Shown here one piece after another: positions 38,201 to 49,851 of a stretch of 64,000 nucleotides of DNA. Source of the DNA: Tubulanus polymorphus (taxonomy: Eukaryota > Animalia > Nemertea); contig NC_134028.1 of the NCBI RefSeq assembly GCF_964204645.1, positions 11,083,263 to 11,147,262 on the forward strand, read 5' to 3'. Each line of letters starts with the position of its first letter. Position 1 is the stretch's first letter. Made by a program: the position numbers and the translations under genes. A model generated the notes under the pieces. That model saw nothing but the letters and a program-made list of their open reading frames with translations. It made no database searches and was not told the DNA's origin.

Positions 38201-40332
38201 TTTAAAACAAGAAACTTACCTTATTGCCCAGAACATTTAACTGTAGATGATAGTTATTTAAGTGAATACCAGAAGAAAATAAAACCGAAAGATCATGTTT
38301 TTACAGAAAAATTAATACTTACTCAAAATAATAAATACAATTATATTGTTCATTATAGAATGTTAAAATTTTATCTAAAACAAGGAATGAAATTAAAGAA
38401 AGTACATAGATATATTGAATTTAATCAATCGAAGTGGTTAGAAAAATATATAGATTTCAATACTCAACAGAGAACAATATCAAAAACAGATTTTGAAAAA
38501 GATTTCTTCAAATTAATGAATAATAGTTTTTATGGTAAAACATGTGAAAATATTAGAAATAGAAATGATATTGAATTAGTAAATAATTCTGAAAGATTAA
38601 GACATTTACAATCAAATCCTAGACATTTAGGAAATAAAAGATTTGAAGATTATTTAACAGCAGTTAAATTAAAAAGAACATCAATGAAATTTAATAAACC
38701 TATATTTATTGGTTCGACTGTTTTAGAAGTATCAAAATTATTAATGTATGATTTTTATTATAATGTTTTACAACCACTTTTTGGGGAAAAGCATATTGAA
38801 ATATTATATTTTGATTCTGTAACAGCTGACACCCCAATATTATTAAAATGTAATGATAAAATGTTGATAAGAAGAATTTCAGAAATAATTCCAAAACAAA
38901 ATGAATGTTATATTTCATATGGAGAAAAAGAATTAATACAAATAAATGGTTTAATGGATGTTTGGACAAGAAATGAATGGAAAAAATTAAAGAATATTAT
39001 TAGGCATAAAACAAATAAGAAAATCTATAGAGTTAGAACTAAATTAGGATTTGTTGATGTTACAGAAGATCATAGTTTAATTAAACGAAATGGCGATGAA
39101 ATAAAACCAACTGATATAAAAATTGGAGATGAATTATTGCATAAAAGATTTTCCCAAAGAATGAATCATATGTCATTTGATGAAATAATTGATAATATTT
39201 ATAATATAGAACCCGAAACATTAGAAGAAAAAGAATATTTTATCAAAGGATTTTTCATGGGTGATGGTTCAGCAGGTGTGTATAATTATGTTAATCGCAC
39301 TCAATATTGCTGGTATTTATGCAATCAAGACTTAAAATTATTAGAAAGAATAAAGAAATTCTGGGAAGAAGTTTATCCAAATAAAACATTTAAAATCATG
39401 GATGTTATGAAATCAACAGCAGTTTATAGAATACTTGTAAATAATCCTAGAGTTTGCTATAAAATATAATGATGAATTCTTTATTCATGCAATAGTTAAA
39501 AGTAATACTTCAACAAAAGAAAAGATAGTTCCAGATTATGTATTAAATGCAAAAAATAATTTAAGAAAATGGTTCTTCATTGGATTCTATGCTGCAGATG
39601 GTTCAAAAAGTTTCAAAAATCGCAAAACAATATTTTAGCTCAAAAAGGAAAAGTTGCTATATCAGGATTGAATATATTATGCAGTTCATTAGGATTTAAT
39701 ACGAATATTGGATTGATTAAATCTAAACCAAATTGCTTTAATTTAAGACATGTAGAAAATGAGTTAACAGAAGAAGTTAAAGATTTATTTGAAATATATA
39801 ACCCAACTGACTATGTTTATGATTTATCAACAGATGATGGAACATTCAATTCTGGGTTCCCATTAATCCAAAAAATACCGACGCCTACATACTAAAAATC
39901 AAGACAAATGACATAACAAAAGACTTAAAAACATTAAAACATTATTTTGATTTTAGCAATTATCCCAAAGATCATGAACTATTTAGCAATGATAATAAAA
40001 AGATTCCTGGGAAATTTAAAGATGAATTAGGGGGTGATGAAATGATTGAATTTGTCGGGATAAGAAGTAAAATGTATAGTTACAGAACAAAAGATCATGA
40101 AGCTAAAAAGTTAAAAGGAATAACAAAACATGTGGTTGATAAACATATAGAATTTCAAGATTATATAAAGTGTTTATATAAATCAATTGTAATGAAACAC
40201 AAAATGAATTGTTTAAGATCAGAAGATCATGAGATGTACATTAATGAAGTTGAAAAAACTAGTTTAAATCCATTTGATGATAAAAGGCATATTTTAGATG
40301 ATGGTATAAAAACATTACCTTATGGTTATTAA
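35274..40332 (+). pseudogene. pPolB: Protein-primed family B DNA polymerase (zinc fingers, OTU-like protease, exonuclease with EndoVII/HNH insert, polymerase), intein-containing, frameshifted
   Basis: NKCFLWS...EHY; YGDFES, FHNLSGYD, YLKSDV; RDHDH...AH..CN; YIDANNLYG, KLMNNSFYGK, YFD|TDA, RSKMYSY; frameshift at ~37510 plus three in the intein. Confidence 0.95.
38816..39876 (+). mobile_element. Intein with LAGLIDADG homing endonuclease, inserted at polymerase motif C
   Basis: Block A SVTADTPI; block B VDVTEDHSL; blocks C/D/E FIKGFFMGDGS, KIVPDYVLNA, FFIGFYAADGS; block F YVYDLSTDDGTFNSG; end LIQKN followed by +1 Thr. Confidence 0.92.
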
Positions 40333-40592
40333 AATGGATCTATATCATCAAACTCGAAATCACTATTGGTTTCTTCATTTTCATTTAATTGTTTAGTTTC
40401 TTCTTCCATTCCATTTTTTTCATTTAAATAAAGTTCTATCTTGTTCCACATTTCATCTCGCTCTCTTTGTTTCTTTTTGTTTGTTAATTCGTCAAATGGA
40501 ATTATAATATCTAGGTTTAAATAATTTACAATCTTATTTAAAAAGAATTCATAATTTATTGAATCTGTTATTCTATTTTCCAAATGATACAT
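40329..40592 (-). CDS. Small acidic-tailed viral protein (or C-terminus of the zinc-finger gene)
   Basis: ORF coupled by TAATG to the upstream ORF; converges on the pPolB stop. Confidence 0.5.
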   Translation of the reverse strand: MYHLENRITDSINYEFFLNKIVNYLNLDIIIPFDELTNKKKQRERDEMWNKIELYLNEKNGMEEETKQLNENEETNSDFEFDDIDPF

Positions 40593-41627
40593 TAATATTT
40601 GTTTGAATATTTTTTTATATTTTCCATATCTTCTTTAAATTTAGGTTTTTCATAATAATCGTTAGATAATAAATATAAATACATTTTCTTTTCTTTTGTG
40701 TTAAATGTTGACGGAATAATTGTATTTATAATATCTTTTTTAGTTATTTCACCATTTTTATTTTCTATTATTTTCATTTTTTCAAGCCATTGCATATATT
40801 CTGGTGTATGATCTTCCATAGAAAATATTTTAAAAATTTCATCTAGATAATTTAATTTTGGTTCTATGAGAAAATCTCTAGTTTTTTCTTCACCCCATAA
40901 ATTCCTTTGCCATCCACAATCAACACAAAATATCTCAGTACCCTCTTGTCTTAAGGTCGCATAAATACATTGTGGGCATTTTTGTTTATAATTTATTGGT
41001 AATAGATCTTCATTAAGCTCTTGGTATTTTCTTACGTTTTCTTTATGTTTTATTGTTCTATTATGTAGATTTGAATTACTTGCTGTAATAATCAATTTAC
41101 AATATTTACAATAATATGTTTTTCTTGTTTTTCTTTTCTAACTTTTCAACTGTTTCTTCATTATCTGGTAACGTTTTCTCATATTTTATTTTTTCTAATA
41201 AATTATTTTTTCTTTCATTAAATTCAGTTTCAAATTTATTATAAATTTTATCTATATGTACTTTACGAAATTGATGATTCTCCCAATCTTCTATATTTTC
41301 AGGGCTATATTTTATTCGAGAAGGCTCGCAGAAATGATCTTTTATATTATCCTTATCATAGAATAAGAAAGGTCTTTTCCAAATAACTTCAGGTTCAACT
41401 TCAGCAGAATTACTATTACTTTCATTACTATCAACATTAGCCGTTGCGCCATTAATTCTACACTTCTCTGAATGTTTTTTAACATAATTTCTTGAGAATA
41501 ATTTATTACATTTTGGACAGTTTATTTTAGGGGGTTTATAATTTTCATCATGTTTTTTCATATGTCGAGCCATATTACTTTTTCTTAGAAGTTCACCACA
41601 AATTTCGCATGCTATCTTCTCATCCAT
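40592..41627 (-). pseudogene. Multi-zinc-finger viral protein, single frameshift near 41130
   Basis: CEIC..H...H, CPKC..H...C, YYCKYCKLIITASNSNLHNRTIKH upstream of and in frame with the second ORF, CPQC..CVDC ribbon; TAAATG start. Confidence 0.7.
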
Positions 41628-41695
41628 TTATTTAGGAAAAATTTTATTAAAATTAATTTTTAGTGATGATCGGTAATTTTTTTATGTTATAAATA

Positions 41696-42454
41696 ATGGT
41701 AGAATTAAAAGAATACACAATATTTGTAGATTCTAGAAAACTTACAAATTATAAATCACATAATTTACTAGTACAATTAGATAGAGAATTTAAGAATTGT
41801 GTTGATTTAAAATTAGTAAATATAAGTTTATGTAACTCATTTTACAATATATCGGATAAAAGTCTAGAACATTTAATTTTTTCAATCTTTTACAAAAAAA
41901 TGAATGAATGGTATTTTATATATTTAAAACCAGGATTATATAATTTAGATACATTAGCACAAGAAATTAATAGAAAAGCTCGAGCTAAATTAGGAAGTGA
42001 TTCTAAATTTAATATTAGAATTTTAAAAAGTGATAGTTCTAATAAAATAAAGATTAGGTTAGATAATAACGAACAATTTAAATTTACAGTAAGAAAACCT
42101 TTAGCTAAACTGTTAGGAATTAACCCAAATATTGTTACAGCACACGCAGAAGGTAGATCAAACTTAATACCTTTTACACACTTTTATATTTATTGCAATT
42201 TGATTGACCCAACAAAAACATTTGAAGCAACTAAAGATACAATTTGTAATTCTGGTTTATTAAATATTTTACCATTAAAAAATGTCAAACAATTTGGAAC
42301 TCAAATAAATTATAATTTAACTGAATGTGATTTCAAACCTTGTATTCCACATTTCAATAATTTTAAATTAGAAATAAGAAATCATAATGGTTATTTAATT
42401 GATTTGAATAACTTTCCTGTAATTTATGAATTAGTTATAAGATGTAAAGAGTAA
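41696..42454 (+). CDS. Putative minor capsid protein (penton, single jelly roll)
   Basis: VDSR, KLVNISL.NSFYNI, KPGLY, LAKLLGI, YIYCNLID, LEIRNHNGYLIDLN pattern typical of Polinton/virophage pentons; 252 aa. Confidence 0.75.
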   Translation: MVELKEYTIFVDSRKLTNYKSHNLLVQLDREFKNCVDLKLVNISLCNSFYNISDKSLEHLIFSIFYKKMNEWYFIYLKPGLYNLDTLAQEINRKARAKLGSDSKFNIRILKSDSSNKIKIRLDNNEQFKFTVRKPLAKLLGINPNIVTAHAEGRSNLIPFTHFYIYCNLIDPTKTFEATKDTICNSGLLNILPLKNVKQFGTQINYNLTECDFKPCIPHFNNFKLEIRNHNGYLIDLNNFPVIYELVIRCKE

Positions 42455-42470
42455 TTTTTTCACTATATAA

Positions 42471-42827
42471 ATAATTATAACTGTTGGACCGAGTATATGT
42501 TTTGGATTTGATTTTAAACGTGAGAAAGAAATGAAATTTAACATTAATGATGTAATTACACATATTAAAAATATTGCATTTTCTAATGAAACAACATTTG
42601 AGTATAAAACAACAATAGATAAAGAAACTTTAAATGTAGAAAAGATTACTAATTTAATTAGAGAATCTTTAAGATTTTATGAATTAGATGAAGATTTTAT
42701 CATCGATGATATTAGAAAAATAATAATTGAAATATATACAAATGAAACTAGTAATAAAATAAATGTTGAATTAATCATCACTAAGATAACTAGATATTTT
42801 GAAGATAGTAATTTTTTTGATAAATAA
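42471..42827 (+). CDS. Small viral protein of unknown function
   Basis: ORF 42531 extends in frame to TAAATA at 42471, a probable mutated TAAATG start; homologue at 6150. Confidence 0.65.
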   Translation: MIITVGPSICFGFDFKREKEMKFNINDVITHIKNIAFSNETTFEYKTTIDKETLNVEKITNLIRESLRFYELDEDFIIDDIRKIIIEIYTNETSNKINVELIITKITRYFEDSNFFDK

Positions 42828-43044
42828 ATGAGTGATAATAAGTGGATAATAACTGGATTATATAATGGAGCATTACTATCAGTTGGAACTGTTGGTTATT
42901 CAATGGTATTAAAAAAAGTATTCAAAATGGGAAGTGTTAATGTTGATAGATTTGATATAAATGATATCTTGAAGTTAACATTAGCAATTACTTAATTTAA
43001 CTATTGATTATTTGGAAAAACAAAAATATATTCCTCCCATATAA
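42828..43044 (+). pseudogene. Small hydrophobic viral protein (not in the ORF track)
   Basis: MSDNKWIITGLYNGALLSVGTVGYSMVLKK...DYLEKQKYIPPI; lesion near 42993; homologue at 6436. Confidence 0.7.
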
Positions 43045-43068
43045 ATGCATAATTTTTTTACTAAATAA

Positions 43069-43491
43069 ATGGCCTCTGCAATTATAACTATGATAGGATC
43101 GGCAATTGTTAACGCTTTGGCATTTACTGGTGGTGGATATTTATTTAAACATATTGATAAAAATAGTTTATTAGGAGAACAAAGAAGACATAACTTAGCA
43201 TTAGAGAAATACAATAAAGCAGCAGAAGAATATAGAGAAAAGAGGCAAAACTATATGGATTATATTAACAAAGAATTATATGATCAGAAGATTTCACATA
43301 GAGATTTTCAATCAGTTGATGATGCAATGAGTTTATATAACGCGGTAACAAATAAAGAAAAATTACATCTATACAAACCCAAATTATCAGATTATTATAC
43401 CCCAAGTAAAGAACAACAGAAATATGAAATAATATGGATTTTAGGTGGAACTATTATTGTTATATTTGCTGCTTATAAGTTTACTAATTAG
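43069..43491 (+). CDS. Small membrane protein with hydrophobic N-terminus, ExxRxNxxxE motif and C-terminal TM
   Basis: MASAIITMIGSAIVNALAFTGGGYLF; EQRRHNLALE; IIWILGGTIIVIFAAY. Confidence 0.8.
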   Translation: MASAIITMIGSAIVNALAFTGGGYLFKHIDKNSLLGEQRRHNLALEKYNKAAEEYREKRQNYMDYINKELYDQKISHRDFQSVDDAMSLYNAVTNKEKLHLYKPKLSDYYTPSKEQQKYEIIWILGGTIIVIFAAYKFTN

Positions 43492-43510
43492 TAATTTTTT
43501 TTCTAAATAA

Positions 43511-43936
43511 ATGGAAGATAATATTGATATTATTCCTCATGATATAAATAAAACTAGATTAAAAACATATTTAGAAAAACAAATATTAGAATTTGAAAGT
43601 GACTTAAAGATAAAAAAGAAAAAATATTTAAAAAGTAAAATTATATATTATCTTATTATTAGTGGTTCGGTTACAATTAGTTCTGTAATAACATTTTTAG
43701 CAATATTCAGCCCATTAACACCTTTAGCTATATCAATTGGTGTGTTAGGATTAAGTTCAAGTGTTTTAACCGGTATAAGTTCAAAATTGAATATTAAAAG
43801 TAATAAAGAAAAAATTAAAACTAATATAAAAGAAATTAATAAATTAAAGAATACACTAGATTATATAATAAGTTTAAATGGTCATATAACAGTTGAAGAA
43901 CAAGATAAATTATTAAAAGAATTAGTTAATTATTAA
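43511..43936 (+). CDS. Two-TM viral protein with flanking coiled coils
   Basis: Hydrophobic hairpin in the middle; homologue at 7122. Confidence 0.8.
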   Translation: MEDNIDIIPHDINKTRLKTYLEKQILEFESDLKIKKKKYLKSKIIYYLIISGSVTISSVITFLAIFSPLTPLAISIGVLGLSSSVLTGISSKLNIKSNKEKIKTNIKEINKLKNTLDYIISLNGHITVEEQDKLLKELVNY

Positions 43937-43952
43937 TTTTTTAATTATATAA

Positions 43953-45341
43953 ATGGTAGATAGTTTTCCAAAAGCTTTCCAATATGATAAATCAATTAAA
44001 TATAATATTCCAGCAATAGATTTTAATAAAGATATTACATATAGAAATGAAGTTTTAGATTCATTAACTAATTTAGAAATTTATGTTACTGAAACTAATA
44101 ATTTTAATGCAAAGATGGAAAATATATTTCATGTATATTTAATTAATTCTAAAAAATTGAAAGATGAAAAACAATGGTTATTAAAATCTAATATGAAGTA
44201 TTGGCAGAACCAATTAAATTTTGCAGTTTATTGTTCAACAACAGCATGTGGAATTAGTTGGAATGATCATTTGAATAATTCTAAATATAAACTAATTCAA
44301 AGTTTATTTAGATTTCATACATACTTTCAAATCAGAATAATATTAAATGAATTAGAGTGCGCTTTACCAGGATCAAGATATTTTAAAGAATTAGATAATA
44401 ATATTAATTTATCTAAGTTTTATAAAATTTGCAATGAATTTAATATAGATATAAATAATTCTGATTTTAGAACAAAAATTGGAGCAATAAGATCACTTCC
44501 TTGCCCTAAAAAGATTGCAGAATATTGTGCACTTCCCATACCATCTAATAGTTTTTATAATATCTATAATAATAAATTAGGTTATGGTAAAATAGAAACA
44601 AAGGATTTAGAAACATAAAATTTCAATAAATTACCGAAATTTTATGATTATTTAAAACAAGAAAACAATAATGGTTGGGTTTATTTTATTTTAGAAAATA
44701 GTGAAGGTATTACTAAATCAGGTATAGAAAGAATAAATCAATCAATTAGAACTTATTTGATATGTATTTTAGGTGCGCAAGTTGAAACAAGATCCCCAAT
44801 AATTGGAAATTTAAATACATCATTCGATACACAAAAACATTTTAAAGTTTTATTTGAAGATTCCATACATAATGATAAAAATAGATCGATTCCAGAAAAC
44901 ATTGTAAGATATCAAAATTATTTAGATAAATCACATATTAGATTAAATTATTGTATAGGCCCTAATCTATTAATTATTTCTAATGATTTAGTATTAAAGA
45001 TGGGAAACATAATTGGTTATAATAATCTAATTAAAACTGCAACAATAAATAATTCATTTGGATTGAATGATATAAATAAAAAGATAATTACTGCTCCAAA
45101 ATTAATGGAAGGTGAAAAAAATAAAAAACATTTTCAATCAACAGAAACTAAAACTAAGAATATTAAATTGGATAATGATTCCAAAATAAAAGATTACAAT
45201 ACTACAGAAAATATTAAAACTGATAATATTCAACATGATATAATTAAAACTGATAATGATAATAAATCCCATGAAAATACTAAATTAGCTTTAACTTGTA
45301 TAGGAATTGTAATCGGAGGAATATTATATTTTGAATTTTAA
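43953..45341 (+). pseudogene. Conserved viral protein with C-terminal TM anchor; one in-frame stop at 44616
   Basis: ORFs 43953 and 44757 are in the same frame and open between them; homologue at 7571. Confidence 0.8.
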
Positions 45342-45357
45342 TTTTTTTATTATATAA

Positions 45358-46815
45358 ATGGATGTAGAAGGTGGAGAAGATATTGGAATGGATAATTTTG
45401 ATGAACCTGGCATAACTGATGAACAACCACCTGATTTTGATGAAACAAGTTTTAATGATGGTAATGAGCCAGAATATAATAATAATTTGAATATGCCTGA
45501 TTATATTAAAAATGCTGAATCACAATTAGATCCTGAAAATTTAGATCCAGATTTAGTAAAACAAGATTTAGATAATTTAAACAAAATACCTAAATTAGAA
45601 CGTATAATTGAAAATTCTAAACTTAACATAAATGATGAAGACGTTGGACCTTTAGCAGATCAATTAAAATTTTTAGATAATGGTAAATGGTATTATCATT
45701 TGAAAGGTAATTATTATATTGATATCACTTATAAAAATAATAAAAATAAAATATTATCAGAATCAACTTTAGAAAAATTAAAACCAGATAGAATTAAAAT
45801 AATAAGTAATAGTAATGAAATAACTGATGTTACACAAAAAGAAATAGATGATAATATAGATGTATTTAAACAAAGAATTAAAGAATTATTTGAAATAATC
45901 AAAAAGAAATCAGAAACAGAAACAACTTCTGAACAGAATAAAACTTCCAAAAATAGTAAACTTAAATCAAATAAAGTTTCAATTGAAAAACTTTTACCGA
46001 ATGGATTAATTGATGCAACAGATCAACAATTAGAAGATGTAAATATATTTTCTGATGAAGCAATTAGAGAAATTATTAGTATAAGAAATGAAGCTGATAA
46101 AATTGCACATAATAAAAGTATAAGAGATCAAAAAATTATGTATTTGGAAAAAGAATTAACAAATGCAAATAAAGAAATAGAACAAATAAAGTCTGATTTA
46201 GATCATCAAGTAATTGAAGAAATAGAATATACGCAAAGAGAATTACGTTTAGAAAAAGAAATTAGTAATTTAAAAGATAATTTAGAAGTACAGAAAGAAG
46301 AAATTAAATTATTATTAAAATCATATGATTATAATATAAATAGATTAAAAGTTATTTTTAAAGATTTGTTGATTAAACCAAATTCTGAAATTTCACTGAA
46401 AGATAGAATAAAGTTATTATTTAAATTAGAAGGAATAACAATTCTTTCAATTCTAACAGCTGTAACTATGTTATTTACAACAATTGGTTTAGCAATATCA
46501 AATGCTTTGAAATCTACTCCTACTCCCAATAAACCGGATAAACCCCCGAATGATAATAATTCTATACAAGATAAAGTTAAGGATGGTTTAAAGAAATTAG
46601 CAAAATATTTATGGGAACTATCTAAAAAATCTGCTGCAGCTTTACCAGGAATTAGTGCATCAATTGTTGGTTTTATATTGAAATCTGCTGGGAATATTCT
46701 TAACCTTGCTGCTGAACATATTATTTTATTTTTAATTACAGTTGTAAGTGCTATAATTTTTGGGTTAGTAAATATGATATCAAAAAGATATCAAGAAAAA
46801 AATAATAAAAAATAA
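45358..46815 (+). CDS. Acidic/coiled-coil protein with several C-terminal hydrophobic helices
   Basis: 485-aa ORF; heptad region; GITILSILTAVTMLFTTIGLAI, PGISASIVGFIL, IILFLITVVSAIIFGLV. Confidence 0.8.
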   Translation: MDVEGGEDIGMDNFDEPGITDEQPPDFDETSFNDGNEPEYNNNLNMPDYIKNAESQLDPENLDPDLVKQDLDNLNKIPKLERIIENSKLNINDEDVGPLADQLKFLDNGKWYYHLKGNYYIDITYKNNKNKILSESTLEKLKPDRIKIISNSNEITDVTQKEIDDNIDVFKQRIKELFEIIKKKSETETTSEQNKTSKNSKLKSNKVSIEKLLPNGLIDATDQQLEDVNIFSDEAIREIISIRNEADKIAHNKSIRDQKIMYLEKELTNANKEIEQIKSDLDHQVIEEIEYTQRELRLEKEISNLKDNLEVQKEEIKLLLKSYDYNINRLKVIFKDLLIKPNSEISLKDRIKLLFKLEGITILSILTAVTMLFTTIGLAISNALKSTPTPNKPDKPPNDNNSIQDKVKDGLKKLAKYLWELSKKSAAALPGISASIVGFILKSAGNILNLAAEHIILFLITVVSAIIFGLVNMISKRYQEKNNKK

Positions 46816-46839
46816 ATAATTAATTTTTTTGTTTAATAA

Positions 46840-48084
46840 ATGAGTGGGAGTTATATAAGTCCTTCTAAGATTTCTAGAATATCTAATGCTATTAAAGCAG
46901 AAAGATCACATCATATAATTACTCATAACCCTTCAAATATTAATCCCGATGAAACTTTATATGTTAGAATTCCTAGATTAACACAAAATACTTTTTATGT
47001 TCCAAATAGTATTTATTTATCAGCCGATATAAAAGTAACTGGTCATGATAACAATTATGTTGATGATAATGTTGGAAGATATTTGATTAAAAAATCAACT
47101 ATAAAGATTGGTCCAGAAACAGTTTTCTCATTAGATGATTATAATTTATTTATGCATTATAAAGATTTATGGTTAACTAAAGAAAATAGAAATAATATGA
47201 TATTTCAGGGTATTCAATCAGAAAACCATAATAAATTAAGATCAGGAGCTAATGACGCAATAGTAACTCGTGCCACAGATAATTTGATTAAAAAGATTTA
47301 TGGAAGCAAATATAAAATTCCATTAGACTTTGAATTGATAAATAATAATGCACCTTTATATAAATACGCAATTCAAGATATTATATTTGAGATAACATTT
47401 GCTCCTGTAAATGAAATTGTATTATCTGGCGTTGTTAAAGATATGGGTTATAAATTATCGAATATATGTTTAGAATATAACACAGTAACTAATGAAAATA
47501 TTGCTAGCACAATTCAAACTCAATACAATCAAGGATTTTCATTATCATATGATTATATTGATAAATTTGAAACTGTAACTATTAATGCAAATGATGAAAT
47601 AATTAATGAGAATATTAACTTCCCAAGAAGATCTATTAAAGGTATATTAATATTTTTTACCATTGCAACATATTTTAATGGTGCAATAAAGGTAGATAAT
47701 TATTACAATCCTGAAATAACAAAAGTTGAAATAACTATCGAAGGAATAGCAAATAAAATATTTTGTCAAGGAATGAGAATGATTGATCAATGGCCAGAAA
47801 TTAGAAAACATTTTATGAATGAAAAAGTAAAATCATTTGAAAATTGTAATATTAATCAAATTGATTATTATACCGGTAATAAATATGCATTATGGTTAGA
47901 TTTTAGAACAACAGAGGATAATTCATTACATGGTTCTGGGAAAAAACTACAGAACACTAAAGATGGAATACAATTATTCATGAAAAAGAATAGAGGGGAC
48001 AAAAATTTTAAAATGCATATTTATATTATATCTGATGCACAATTAAATATTGTAAATTCACAGTTAGATAGTATTCAATATTAG
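46840..48084 (+). CDS. Putative double jelly-roll major capsid protein
   Basis: Intact 414-aa beta-rich ORF; THNPS.I...ETL.VRIP, KIPLDF, LWLDFRT, C-terminal MHIYIISDAQLNI; position next to integrase and ATPase. Confidence 0.75.
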   Translation: MSGSYISPSKISRISNAIKAERSHHIITHNPSNINPDETLYVRIPRLTQNTFYVPNSIYLSADIKVTGHDNNYVDDNVGRYLIKKSTIKIGPETVFSLDDYNLFMHYKDLWLTKENRNNMIFQGIQSENHNKLRSGANDAIVTRATDNLIKKIYGSKYKIPLDFELINNNAPLYKYAIQDIIFEITFAPVNEIVLSGVVKDMGYKLSNICLEYNTVTNENIASTIQTQYNQGFSLSYDYIDKFETVTINANDEIINENINFPRRSIKGILIFFTIATYFNGAIKVDNYYNPEITKVEITIEGIANKIFCQGMRMIDQWPEIRKHFMNEKVKSFENCNINQIDYYTGNKYALWLDFRTTEDNSLHGSGKKLQNTKDGIQLFMKKNRGDKNFKMHIYIISDAQLNIVNSQLDSIQY

Positions 48085-48114
48085 AAATATAAAGTTAAAA
48101 TTAACGATATATAA

Positions 48115-49242
48115 ATGGGAGGTAAAAAAACTCCTAATACTAAAGAACAATATTTAAGAAATTTATATTACAACCCTGAGAGTTCGGTTGCTTATTCTTC
48201 TACTAAAAATATATGGCGTAAAGTAAAACAAGATAAATTAGATAAGATAATCCCACACAATTTAGTTAAATATAAAGATATAAATGAATTTATGTTAGAA
48301 CAACCAACATACACAACACATAAAAAAATTGTTAGAAAATATAAAACTCGTAAAACTATGGTAAGTTATGTAGATCAACAGTGGCAAGGAGATTTAATTG
48401 ATATGAAAAATGTTAAGAAAGATAATGATGATTATTGGTGGTTATTGAATATAATTGATATTTTTAGTCGTTATGTATGGAGTTTCCCACTTTATAGAAA
48501 AGATGCTGTACAAACATCAAATGTTTTAAGAAAATTTCTTTCGGATGATTAACTAAAACCAGAAAAAATACAATTTGATGATGGAAAAGAGTTTGATAAT
48601 TCACTTGTTCATGAACTCTTAGACAATCATAATATTAAATATTTTTCAACAAAATCGGATAAAAAAGCAGCAGTTGTTGAACGATTTAATAGAACATTAA
48701 GAACAAGAATGTGGAAATATTTTACAGCAAATAATACTTTTAAATGGATTGATGTTTTGCCAAAATTGATAGAAGGATATAATAATTCTTATCATTCTTC
48801 TATTGGAATGAAACCTATTGATGCTAGAAAACCTGAAAATGCTGAAATTGTTTGGAATAATTTATATGGAGCATTTCTTGTAGATGATTTTGGTGAACCT
48901 AAATTTAAAGTTGGTCAAAATGTTAGAATTTCTAAGTATAAAAAGATATTTGATAAAGGATACGATCGAAATTTTACTAGAGAAATATATAAAATAAAAA
49001 AGGTAATAACAACAAAACCATATGTCTATAAATTAGAAGATTTAGATGGTGAAGAAGTTGATGGTTACTTTTACGAAGAAGAATTAAGTTTAACTACTGA
49101 AAATCTAGAACAAGAATATAAAATTGAAAAAGTATTAAAAACAAAAACTATTAAAAGAAAAAAATATTCTTTAGTAAAATGGGTTGGATGGCCAGATAAA
49201 TTCAATGAATGGATATTATCAAGTAAAATTAAAAATATATAA
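48115..49242 (+). pseudogene. Retroviral-type (rve) integrase with C-terminal chromodomain; in-frame stop at 48550
   Basis: WQGDLID, QFDDGKEF, VVERFNRTL (D,D,E); YKIEKVL...LVKWVGWPDKFNEWI. Confidence 0.95.
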
Positions 49243-49851
49243 ATGAATAAAGAATTATTTATATTTGAGCCTCATAATATGTTAATATCTGGCGTAACAA
49301 ATTGTGGAAAAACTTATTTTATATTAAATTTATTAGAAAGTGTTTATGAAAACTATTTTGATAATATAGTATTATTTTGCCGAACGTATGAATTTAATCA
49401 AACTTATGATAGAAATATTACTAGAAATAATAAATTTATTATATTAGATCCTAAAACAGTAAAAGAAAATTTAGATAATTGTATTAAAATAGCAATTGAT
49501 ATTTATAAAGGATCAAATACATTATTCATTATAGATGATTGCGCAAATTTACATGATTCAAAAGTTAGAGAAAGTGAGTTATGCTATTTAGCTTTCTCCG
49601 GGAGACATTTTGGGATAACAACTTGGGTTTTAAATCAAAAATATAATTCAATTGTTAAAGACTTTAGAGAAAACATTAGATTTCTAGTTTTATTCTACAA
49701 TAAAGATAGAAAATCGATGAAAAATGCACTTGAGGAAAATGATATTATTCCACATGATTTACATAATGAATATATGGATAAGTTGAAAAATATTAAAAGA
49801 TCAAAATTACTATTTAGATTACAACACCCATTTAAATATGAATTTATTTAA
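49243..49851 (+). CDS. A32-like genome-packaging ATPase
   Basis: Walker A GVTNCGKT, Walker B LFIIDD, GRH and LNQ motifs. Confidence 0.92.
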   Translation: MNKELFIFEPHNMLISGVTNCGKTYFILNLLESVYENYFDNIVLFCRTYEFNQTYDRNITRNNKFIILDPKTVKENLDNCIKIAIDIYKGSNTLFIIDDCANLHDSKVRESELCYLAFSGRHFGITTWVLNQKYNSIVKDFRENIRFLVLFYNKDRKSMKNALEENDIIPHDLHNEYMDKLKNIKRSKLLFRLQHPFKYEFI

